Source: Candidatus Binataceae bacterium (GTDB lineage Bacteria > Desulfobacterota > Binatia > Binatales > Binataceae). Taken from it: a DNA stretch of 63,796 nt. Every line of letters begins with the position of its first letter. The stretch's first letter is position 1. The DNA lies in the NCBI GenBank assembly GCA_050736615.1, contig JBOHWL010000111.1, positions 1-63,796 of the forward strand. Direction: 5' to 3'. Of this stretch, positions 54,101 through 61,662 are shown in pieces. The position numbers and the translations under genes are program-made. The notes beneath the pieces are model-generated. The model was not told where the DNA came from. It saw nothing but the letters and a program-made list of their open reading frames with translations, and did not search any database.

Positions 54101-55042
54101 TCATGCCTGAAGCAGACCGAGTTCATCGCGAAAATGCTCGATTGTCCGCGCCAGCCCCGTACGCAGCGGCGTTTCCGGCGACCATTGGAGTTTGTCTCCC
54201 GCCAATGTGATGTCCGGACGCCGCCGCACCGGATCGTCCGGCCGGGCCGGATGGTAAGCAAGTTTTGACTGGCTGGCGGTCAGCTCGATCGCCAGCGAGG
54301 CGAGTTCGAGAATCGTGAACTCGTCCGGATTGCCGATATTCACTGGCCCGATGAAGCCCTCGACATCCATCATGCGCACGAGCGCCTCAATGATGTCATC
54401 GACGTAGGCGAATGAACGCGTCTGGGAGCCGTCGCCATAAATCGGGATTGGGTCGCCCTTCAGCGCCGCGATGCAGAAATTGGAGACGACGCGTCCGTCG
54501 TTGGGCGCCATCCGGGGACCGTAGGTATTGAAGATGCGCACGATGCGGATATCGACGTTGTTTTGGCGATGATAATCCATCATCAGCGACTCCGCCACGC
54601 GCTTGCCCTCGTCATAGCAGGAGCGCACGCCGATGGGATTGACATGACCCCAGTAGCTTTCGGTCTGTGGATGCTGCTCGGGGTCGCCATAGACCTCGCT
54701 GGTCGAAGTCAACAACATCCGTGCGCGCACGCGCTTGGCCAGGCCGAGCATGTTGATGGTGCCCATCACGCTGGTTTTGATCGTCTTGACGGGATTGTAC
54801 TGGTAATGCACCGGTGAAGCGGGGCAGGCGAGGTGGAAGATGCGATCAACCTCGAGCAGGATTGGCTCGACAATATCATGGCGAACCATTTCAAAATTTG
54901 AATCACCGAGCAGATGAGCGACGTTGGTGCGTTTGCCACTGAAAAAATTGTCCAGGCAAATGACTTCATGGCCGTCGCGCAGCAACCGTTCGCATAGATG
55001 AGAGCCGAGAAAACCCGCACCGCCGGTTACCAGAGTTCGCAC
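54101..55042 (-). CDS. UDP-glucuronate decarboxylase (UDP-xylose synthase-like extended SDR)
   Basis: [61 protein letters not shown]. Very close to the UXS consensus. Confidence 0.9.
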   Translation of the reverse strand: MRTLVTGGAGFLGSHLCERLLRDGHEVICLDNFFSGKRTNVAHLLGDSNFEMVRHDIVEPILLEVDRIFHLACPASPVHYQYNPVKTIKTSVMGTINMLGLAKRVRARMLLTSTSEVYGDPEQHPQTESYWGHVNPIGVRSCYDEGKRVAESLMMDYHRQNNVDIRIVRIFNTYGPRMAPNDGRVVSNFCIAALKGDPIPIYGDGSQTRSFAYVDDIIEALVRMMDVEGFIGPVNIGNPDEFTILELASLAIELTASQSKLAYHPARPDDPVRRRPDITLAGDKLQWSPETPLRTGLARTIEHFRDELGLLQA

Positions 55043-55175
55043 CCGTTCTCCTCGATCGCCAGGATGTAAAGGAGACGGCGCCGCCGGCCGCCACCTGCCC
55101 CCGCTGCCGTCGCACGGTTTCCAGTCGTACGCAACCAGTTTGCAACAGCGCTGAAAATGGCTGCCGCGCGCTCGC

Positions 55176-56357
55176 CTATCGTTTATTTTCCGCTACGAGA
55201 TGGCGCACCGTGTCAATCACGTAAGCACAATCCTCGCCGCCCATCGTCGGGAAAATCGGCAACGACAGGCAGCGGCTGAAAACGTCTTCGGCGATCGGGA
55301 AATCGCCGTTACAATAACCGTAGCGCGCCTGGTAAAAATGCATCGTATGCAACGGGATGCAATGCACCGAAGTGCCGACCCCGCGCTCGCGCAGCAGTTC
55401 GACAAAACGGTCGCGCCCGATGCGCAGTTGTTCGAGGCGCAGGCGCGCCACGTACAGATGCCAGGCATGCTCGATGCCAGGTTCGCTCGTCGGAATTTCG
55501 AGCGCGGATTCTCCAGCGAACGCTTCATTGTATGCGTGCGCGATCGCCTGGCGCATCCGCCGCAGTTCATCCGCGCGCCTGAGCTGCGCCAGGCCAATCG
55601 CCGCATGCACATCCGACAAGTTATACTTGAAGCCGGTATCGTGAATTTCGTAGTACCACGAGCCGCCGCGATCGTAACGCTTCCAGGCGTCGTGATCCAT
55701 CCCATGCAGGCTCGCGACCGCGATTTTCGCGGCCAGCCGATCGTCTTCGGTGGTGATCATGCCACCTTCGGCGCTGGTGATGTTCTTGGTGGCGTAAAAG
55801 CTGAAGCAGGTCACGTCGCCGATCGAACCGATGCGCACCAGGCCGCGATCCTTGATGCGCAACGCCGCCCCCACCGCGTGTGCGGCGTCCTCGACTATTT
55901 TCAAATCGTGCCGGCGTGCGATTGCGAGCAGGCGCGTCATGTCGCACGGATGGCCGGCGAAATGTACCGGCAGCAGCGCGCGGACATGGCGATGGGTGCC
56001 GCTTTCCAGCACTTGTTCGAGCCGCGAGCAGTCGATGTTGAGCGTCGCGGGATCGATATCGACGAATACCGGCCGCGCGCCCAAGTAGCCGATTACCTCG
56101 GCGGTCGCGGTGAAGGTGTAGGGCGTTGTGATCACTTCGTCGCCGGGGCCGACGCCGAGCGCAAACAGCGCGAGATGCAGCGCGCCGGTGCAATGCGCCA
56201 CGGCCAGCGCGTTGCGCGCGCCGGCATAGATGGCGAATTCCTTTTCGAAACGCTTGGTCTTTGGCCCCGTCGTTAGCCAACCCGAGCGCAAGGTATCGAG
56301 CACCTCACGCTCTTCGTCAACCCCAATCGCAGGCCGATGAAACGGAATTTGCCGCAT
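55176..56357 (-). CDS. DegT/DnrJ/EryC1/StrS-family PLP-dependent sugar aminotransferase (ArnB/WecE-like)
   Basis: [18 protein letters not shown], and [17 protein letters not shown] (PLP lysine). Confidence 0.9.
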   Translation of the reverse strand: MRQIPFHRPAIGVDEEREVLDTLRSGWLTTGPKTKRFEKEFAIYAGARNALAVAHCTGALHLALFALGVGPGDEVITTPYTFTATAEVIGYLGARPVFVDIDPATLNIDCSRLEQVLESGTHRHVRALLPVHFAGHPCDMTRLLAIARRHDLKIVEDAAHAVGAALRIKDRGLVRIGSIGDVTCFSFYATKNITSAEGGMITTEDDRLAAKIAVASLHGMDHDAWKRYDRGGSWYYEIHDTGFKYNLSDVHAAIGLAQLRRADELRRMRQAIAHAYNEAFAGESALEIPTSEPGIEHAWHLYVARLRLEQLRIGRDRFVELLRERGVGTSVHCIPLHTMHFYQARYGYCNGDFPIAEDVFSRCLSLPIFPTMGGEDCAYVIDTVRHLVAENKR

Positions 56358-56553
56358 CGGTTATAACGTCCAGAATAGTCGGTCCTGAAGCGTGGGCGCC
56401 GACCGCATCATTCGCGCGCTCAGTTGATCCACAAATTCGCGCTCAAGCCGTTCCGCAGTGTATAGAGAGACACGGTCGGACGAAAGATGCGCGCGCAATA
56501 TCATTACGCGTCAACGCCGGCGAGCGCCGGGAGAATTCTGGATCGAAAGCTTC

Positions 56554-56704
56554 CTTAGAGAACCTCGGCACAACCTCATTTGTCATTACTGAACGGAGCC
56601 CGCCATTAGCGTAGCCGCGGGCGGAGCAAGCATTCCAGGCGGAGCGGCTCCGCTGGCAGCGCTTCAGAATGACAGACTCGCCCCTTGTGCGGGTGCTTCC
56701 CTAG
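56554..56704. repeat. MITE-like element, copy 5 (151 bp, variant lacking the GAAGAATCCCGG hairpin)
   Basis: CTTAGAGAACCTCGGCACAAC..TGTCATTACTGAACGGAGCCCGC ... GCGCTTCAGAATGACAGACTCGCCCCTTGTGCGGGTGCTTCCCTAG. The terminal CTAG overlaps the stop codon of the next gene. Confidence 0.75.
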
Positions 56705-57741
56705 CTCCTGCTTGCTTCTTCGCCGGGGCCAATCGCGCCAGCGGGTGCCGTCCCCGGCATCACGTACGTAGGCACTCCGGTTTGTCTAACAACCGCTTCA
56801 TGCAGTTTTTGCGAATCGACATCGTCTCGCAGCCCCAGCCGATTAGCCAGACCGAGCGCATAGCTCCAGAGATTCGGATATTTTTTGTAAAGATCGCTAT
56901 GCACCTCGACATAAAGCGCATTGCCGCGCCATCCGAACTTGACCGGTTGATAAACAATCAACCCGGGTGTGCCAACTTTTATCTTATGAAAGAGCCGGTC
57001 GATATCTTCCGGATACAACCTGATACAGCCGTGGCTGACTTCCATGCCCACGCCCCACGGCACATTGGTCCCATGAATTGCGTATTCAGGCAGACTGAGT
57101 TCGAGCTTGAAATGGCCCAGCGGATTATCGGGGTCATCGCCGTAGACAACGTGCTCGGCCTCGCCATCACGCTCCAGATGCTCCTCGTAGATATCTTGAG
57201 GCACCACCCAGGTTGGATTCTTGACCTTCGCGGTGACCGTGAAGCGGCCCAGCGGAGTCTTCCAGTCGTAACGTCCCAGGCCCACGGGAAAGGTGTAAAC
57301 CACCGACGGATGGGTGTTTGAAATGCGAATAATCTTGCCTTTTGCGCGCCGTGCAATCGGCGATGGATAATAGTAATACAACCGCATCTCGGGCACGTTC
57401 AGCACGAGCCCGACCCGTGGCGCTCGTGGCAGAATATGCTCGGAGGGCAATATGATGGTCTTGCCCGCCGGTGGGAGCCACCAGTCCATGCCGCCGTTGG
57501 CATCTGAAATTTCCTTGGCACTCAGCCCATACCATCGGGCAACGTCCAGCAGCGTATCGCCGGGTCGGAGCGTATAAGTAGTATCCGCGCCGACTAAAGC
57601 ATCATGACCCTGAGGCAAAGGATACGCATAGAGCGGACGTTTAGCGAAATCGGTGCCCTTCCAGTTGCGCGCGAATACTGGCACGGATGCAAGGACAATC
57701 ACCGCTATCGCCGCCCACACGACAATGGGTTTTTTTGACAT
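56701..57741 (-). CDS. L,D-transpeptidase (YkuD) with a LysM domain
   Basis: N-terminal anchor, LysM (YTLRPGDTLLDVARWYGLSAKEISDANG), and the catalytic HGTN..SHGCIRL. Confidence 0.85.
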   Translation of the reverse strand: MSKKPIVVWAAIAVIVLASVPVFARNWKGTDFAKRPLYAYPLPQGHDALVGADTTYTLRPGDTLLDVARWYGLSAKEISDANGGMDWWLPPAGKTIILPSEHILPRAPRVGLVLNVPEMRLYYYYPSPIARRAKGKIIRISNTHPSVVYTFPVGLGRYDWKTPLGRFTVTAKVKNPTWVVPQDIYEEHLERDGEAEHVVYGDDPDNPLGHFKLELSLPEYAIHGTNVPWGVGMEVSHGCIRLYPEDIDRLFHKIKVGTPGLIVYQPVKFGWRGNALYVEVHSDLYKKYPNLWSYALGLANRLGLRDDVDSQKLHEAVVRQTGVPTYVMPGTAPAGAIGPGEEASRS

Positions 57742-57751
57742 CTTTTTTGGT

Positions 57752-57775
57752 CAGAGCGCGGTTAGTCGCGCTCTG
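57752..57775. other. perfect 9-bp stem-loop between uvrD and the L,D-transpeptidase gene
   Basis: CAGAGCGCG-GTTAGT-CGCGCTCTG. On the minus-strand transcript it is followed by ACCAAAAAAG and then the ATG at 57741. There is no U-tract. Confidence 0.4.
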
Positions 57776-57838
57776 TAGCACCGACGCGACCTTCCAGCCG
57801 ATAAAACCGCCTGACGCTGAATTTTAGGTGAAGTTTGA

Positions 57839-60073
57839 TCAGTGGGCAACCGCTCTGAGATTGGCAAATTTGAGCACCAACAACTTTACTCCAGCACGCT
57901 CGAAATTGACCCAGACTTTGGCCGCATCGCCACGTCCCTCGCGCCGTCGCACGACCCCACGGCCAAATGTCTGATGGGTAACCTGGCAGCCGACCGTAAA
58001 ACCGTTCGGCGCGCCGCCGTCATCGGCGGGTAGCTGGCTGTCAGTGTAATCTACATAGGGCTCGCGTGGCTGGCGCAGGATCGGCTGTGGCTCGGTCTCA
58101 GGCGCTATCCGGCGCAGCAGGTCTTGTGACACTTCGGCCAAAAAGCGCGACGGGCGCGGTTCCTGGCGCTGGCCGTAAAGCTCCCGTGACAGCGTATTCG
58201 TCAAATAGAGCAGGCGTTGCGCCCGCGTCATGCCGACGTAACAGAGGCGCCGTTCCTCCTCGACCTCGCGCCCGTTGTCTTGCGCGCGCATATGGGGAAA
58301 CAGGCCTTCCTCCATCCCGGTGATAAACACGATCGGATATTCGAGACCTTTGGACGTATGCAACGTCATCAGGGCAACGCTGCCACCTCGCGCCGCGATC
58401 TGGTCGCTGTCGTTGACCAGCGCCACCCGTTCGAGAAACTCGGACAATTCCCCCGGTCCGCGCTCGGCGTCGAAGTTGGACGCCGCGGAAAGCACCTCGG
58501 CGAGATTCTGGATGCGCGCGGCACCGTCGTTTTGTCCTTCCAGATAAGCAATGTAGCCGCTTTGCGCGAGGACCTCATCGACGATCTCGCGGACCGTGCA
58601 AGTGCCGGCGCGCGCCGCCAGATTGCGCATCCAGGAATATAGATTGCTGGCCTGCTTGGCGGTCCGTAACGCCACGCGCGACTCGGTCTCCAAGCGGCCG
58701 AGCGCCTCGAACGCCGTCACTTGATCGCGTGCCGCGGTCTCGCTGATGACCTCGAGCGTGCGTGCGCCGATGCCGCGCGGCGGTGCGCCAATCATGCGCT
58801 CGAGGCTCAAGCTATCGGCGGGATTGGCGAGCACGCGCAGATAGGCGAGCAAATCCTTGACTTCGCGATGTTCATAAAAGCGCAGGTTGCCCACGATGTA
58901 ATAAGGAATGCGGCGGCGGACCAACGCTTCCTCCAGCACGCGCGATTGCGCGTTGACGCGGTAGAAGACGACGATATCGGCGGGTTGGCATTGGGTTTCA
59001 TCCGAACGCGATTCGCAGACTCGTTCGCTCGGCGCCGCTTCGCTCCGCCGGGTGCTTGTCAGCCGCGCGATTTCGCGCGCGACAAAATCCGCTTCGTCGC
59101 GTTCAGTCAGGCCGGTGTAATAAATGACCGGTTCGCCGTCGGCGTTTTCGGTCCAGAGGCGCTTGGGCTTGCGCTCGCGATTATTCTGGATGACAGCGTC
59201 GGCCGCGGCCAGAATCGTTTTGGTTGAGCGATAGTTCTGTTCGAGTTTGAAAATGCGGGCGTTGGGGTAGTCACGTTCAAAGTCGAGGATATTGCGAATA
59301 TCAGCCCCGCGCCATCGATAGATCGACTGGTCCTCATCGCCGACCACGCATAAATTGCCGCTGCGCGCCGATAGCGCGCGTACCAGCAGATATTGCACGC
59401 GATTAGTATCCTGGTATTCGTCGACCAGCAGATGACCGGCGTGTTGCTGCCATCGCTCGAGCACCATTGGCTCGGTTGCGAACAACTGATGGGTCAGCAG
59501 CAGCAGGTCGCCGAAATCCAGCGCATTCATCTCGCGCAGACGGCGCTGATAGAGTTCATAGAACTGCGCCAGATTGCGTTCACGCGAATCGGCCGCCGTT
59601 TCAGCCAGCGCGCGCGGCGTCAACGCCTCGTTTTTGGCCTGATCAATGCGCGCGCGCAGCAGTTCCGGCGGCGGTGAATCCGCTAATTGCGCCTCAGCGA
59701 GCACGCGGCGTATCGTCGCCAACGCCTCGCCCTCGTCGAGAATCGAGAAATTGCGGCTATAGCCGAGCGCGCCAATGTCATTGCGTAAAATCCGTGCGCA
59801 AGCGGAATGAAACGTGCTCACCCAAGGTAGTGCGCCGCCGCCGAGCAGGAGGGCTATTCGCTCGCGCATCTCGCTCGCCGCTTTATTGGTAAACGTAACG
59901 GCGAGGGTATGCGGCGCGGTGGCGAAACCCGCCGCAATAAGATGAGCGATCCGATACGTCAGCACGCGAGTCTTCCCCGAGCCGGCGCCGGCGAGAATTA
60001 AAATTGGCCCGTCAGGCGCGGTCACGGCGGCGCGCTGCGCGGGATTCAAATCGGCAAGATTAATCGATGGCAT
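57839..60073 (-). CDS. uvrD: ATP-dependent DNA helicase, UvrD/PcrA/Rep family
   Basis: LNPAQRAAVTAPDGPILILAGAGSGKTRVLT, LLVDEYQDTN, VGDEDQSIYRWRGA, LEQNYRS, TLHTSKGLEYPIVF, RLCYVGMTRA. Confidence 0.9.
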   Translation of the reverse strand: MPSINLADLNPAQRAAVTAPDGPILILAGAGSGKTRVLTYRIAHLIAAGFATAPHTLAVTFTNKAASEMRERIALLLGGGALPWVSTFHSACARILRNDIGALGYSRNFSILDEGEALATIRRVLAEAQLADSPPPELLRARIDQAKNEALTPRALAETAADSRERNLAQFYELYQRRLREMNALDFGDLLLLTHQLFATEPMVLERWQQHAGHLLVDEYQDTNRVQYLLVRALSARSGNLCVVGDEDQSIYRWRGADIRNILDFERDYPNARIFKLEQNYRSTKTILAAADAVIQNNRERKPKRLWTENADGEPVIYYTGLTERDEADFVAREIARLTSTRRSEAAPSERVCESRSDETQCQPADIVVFYRVNAQSRVLEEALVRRRIPYYIVGNLRFYEHREVKDLLAYLRVLANPADSLSLERMIGAPPRGIGARTLEVISETAARDQVTAFEALGRLETESRVALRTAKQASNLYSWMRNLAARAGTCTVREIVDEVLAQSGYIAYLEGQNDGAARIQNLAEVLSAASNFDAERGPGELSEFLERVALVNDSDQIAARGGSVALMTLHTSKGLEYPIVFITGMEEGLFPHMRAQDNGREVEEERRLCYVGMTRAQRLLYLTNTLSRELYGQRQEPRPSRFLAEVSQDLLRRIAPETEPQPILRQPREPYVDYTDSQLPADDGGAPNGFTVGCQVTHQTFGRGVVRRREGRGDAAKVWVNFERAGVKLLVLKFANLRAVAH

Positions 60074-60193
60074 TGGTTGGAAAAACTTGGAGTCCCTGGT
60101 GGCAGGAAAAAGATACCGGCTTCGCCCGCATGCGGGAAGTGGATCCGTCGAATTTGTGTTTATAATGCGATCGAATCGTTACTGGCTTCAAAC

Positions 60194-60802
60194 ATGGCAA
60201 GATACGAACCGCACGATCGCTTCTATCGCAAAGCTCGCGCACAAGGACTGCCTTCGCGCGCTGCGTTCAAGCTCGAGGAAATGATCGCACGCTTTGATCT
60301 GCCGCGGGCGGGGGCGCAGGTTATCGATCTCGGCTGCGCTCCCGGCGGCTGGCTCGCGATTCTCGCGCGGAAGGTCGGCGCGAACGGCCGGATTATCGGC
60401 GTTGACCTGGTCAGTTGCAAGGTTAACGCGCCCAATGTAATCACGATGGCCCGCGATATTCGCGACCGCACCCTGCCAACCGAAGTCATACGACGGCTCG
60501 GCGCCGCCGCCGACCTCGTGACCTGCGATGCGGCGCCCCGGCTCAGTGGCATTGCGGAACACGATCAGGCGGGTTCGCTCGAGTTGCTCGAGGCGGTGCT
60601 GGATTTCATTCGCGAGAGTCTAAAACCGCATGGCGCCGCGGTCGTGAAACTGTTCATGGGCGCGGAATTCAACCATATCGGCGCGCGCTTCAAAACGTAT
60701 TTCGCCCAAGTCGAAATCGTAAGAGTCAAAGCCAGCCGTCCCGGCTCGTCGGAGCTTTACCTCGTCGCGCGGGGTTTTCTCGGCCGGAGTCGACAGCGAT
60801 GA
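60194..60802 (+). CDS. rlmE: 23S rRNA (uridine-2'-O)-methyltransferase RlmE/FtsJ
   Basis: Track ORF 60077..60802. Start placed at MARYEPHDRFYRKARAQGLPSRAAFKLEEM. VIDLGCAPGGW, and VKLFMG. Confidence 0.85.
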   Translation: MARYEPHDRFYRKARAQGLPSRAAFKLEEMIARFDLPRAGAQVIDLGCAPGGWLAILARKVGANGRIIGVDLVSCKVNAPNVITMARDIRDRTLPTEVIRRLGAAADLVTCDAAPRLSGIAEHDQAGSLELLEAVLDFIRESLKPHGAAVVKLFMGAEFNHIGARFKTYFAQVEIVRVKASRPGSSELYLVARGFLGRSRQR

Positions 60803-60851
60803 CCGTGGCGTCGCCACGCGGTGGCGGGTAAGAATTGAACTGGGATAGCTG

Positions 60852-61655
60852 ATGAGGGTGTGCCGAATCCCGCTGATTCTCTGTCTGGTCCTCGTGCTGT
60901 CCGCATGTGGTGGCAAGGCGATGCATCTTGCCAATCGCGGCCAGGTCCTCGTCGAGGTTGCCAACGTCGGTTATGATCAGGAAAGCGGCGCTCATTACGT
61001 GCTGCTGGAAGATCGTGCGAAGGGGCGCAGTCTGCCAATCATGATTGGTGAAGACGAGGCGCGCGCGATCATGTTCGAGCTGCACGGCATCAAGCCCGAA
61101 CGGCCGCTTACTTATCAGCTTCTGCAAAAGGTCATCCACGCCACCGGCAATCATCTCGATCGTGTCGTGATTGCAAACGTTCACGATGAGGTCTATTTCG
61201 CCCGCATCGTTCTTGACCAGGGCCGCTACGTAATCGATAGCCGTCCGAGTGACGCGATCGCGCTTGCGATCGGCCTCAAAGCGCCGATTTTTGTTTCCGA
61301 CCGGCTCTTCCAGGCCGACGCCGCGACCGCGAGTGCGCCTGACACGCAGCCGACCGCCTCGGGCCTGGGTCTCACGGTTCAGGAACTGAGTCCCGCATTG
61401 GCGGAGTACTTCGGCGTGCCGCCGCGCAGCGGCGTGGTGGTGGCGGATCTTGATTCAAAGGCGGCCAGGGCTGGAATTTCCCGCGGCGACATCATCATCC
61501 GCGTCGGGCCGAGGCAGGTGACTACGCCGCGGGAGTTCGGCGCGATCGCGGCGGCGCAACGGACGGCTACCGTGACCTTAACGGTCCGCCACGGCAAGAA
61601 TATGCGCGAGATCACGCTCGAGCATGGGAGCTTGCCGGCGATACCGGCGTTATGA
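60852..61655 (+). CDS. lipoprotein with a bifunctional-nuclease (BFN/DUF151) domain fused to a C-terminal PDZ domain
   Basis: Lipobox LVLSAC. BFN core LPIMIGEDEARAIMFELHGIKPERPLTYQLL...YFARIVL...IDSRPSDAIALAIGLKAPIFV. PDZ-like GLTVQEL..GVVVADLDSKAARAGISRGDIIIRVG. Confidence 0.75.
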   Translation: MRVCRIPLILCLVLVLSACGGKAMHLANRGQVLVEVANVGYDQESGAHYVLLEDRAKGRSLPIMIGEDEARAIMFELHGIKPERPLTYQLLQKVIHATGNHLDRVVIANVHDEVYFARIVLDQGRYVIDSRPSDAIALAIGLKAPIFVSDRLFQADAATASAPDTQPTASGLGLTVQELSPALAEYFGVPPRSGVVVADLDSKAARAGISRGDIIIRVGPRQVTTPREFGAIAAAQRTATVTLTVRHGKNMREITLEHGSLPAIPAL

Positions 61656-61662
61656 AGGCCGC

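Noticed and set aside
55200-56276. Long antisense ORFs opposite strong CDSs. Examples: 55200..56276, 20495..21172, 11012..11641, 12009..12671, 46926..47579, 35892..36740, 30563..31237 and 62758..63240.
   Set aside because: Their Arg/Ala/Gly/Pro-rich, low-complexity composition is typical of stop-poor antisense frames in GC-rich DNA. In each case the opposite strand has unmistakable family motifs.
57839-61655. UvrD-family helicase plus a nearby nuclease-domain gene as a candidate defence system.
   Set aside because: The helicase has the full housekeeping UvrD/PcrA motif set and C-terminal tail. The genes are on different strands and are separated by rlmE. The flanks (thiD, rlmE, ldt) are core genes, and there are no other defence hallmarks.
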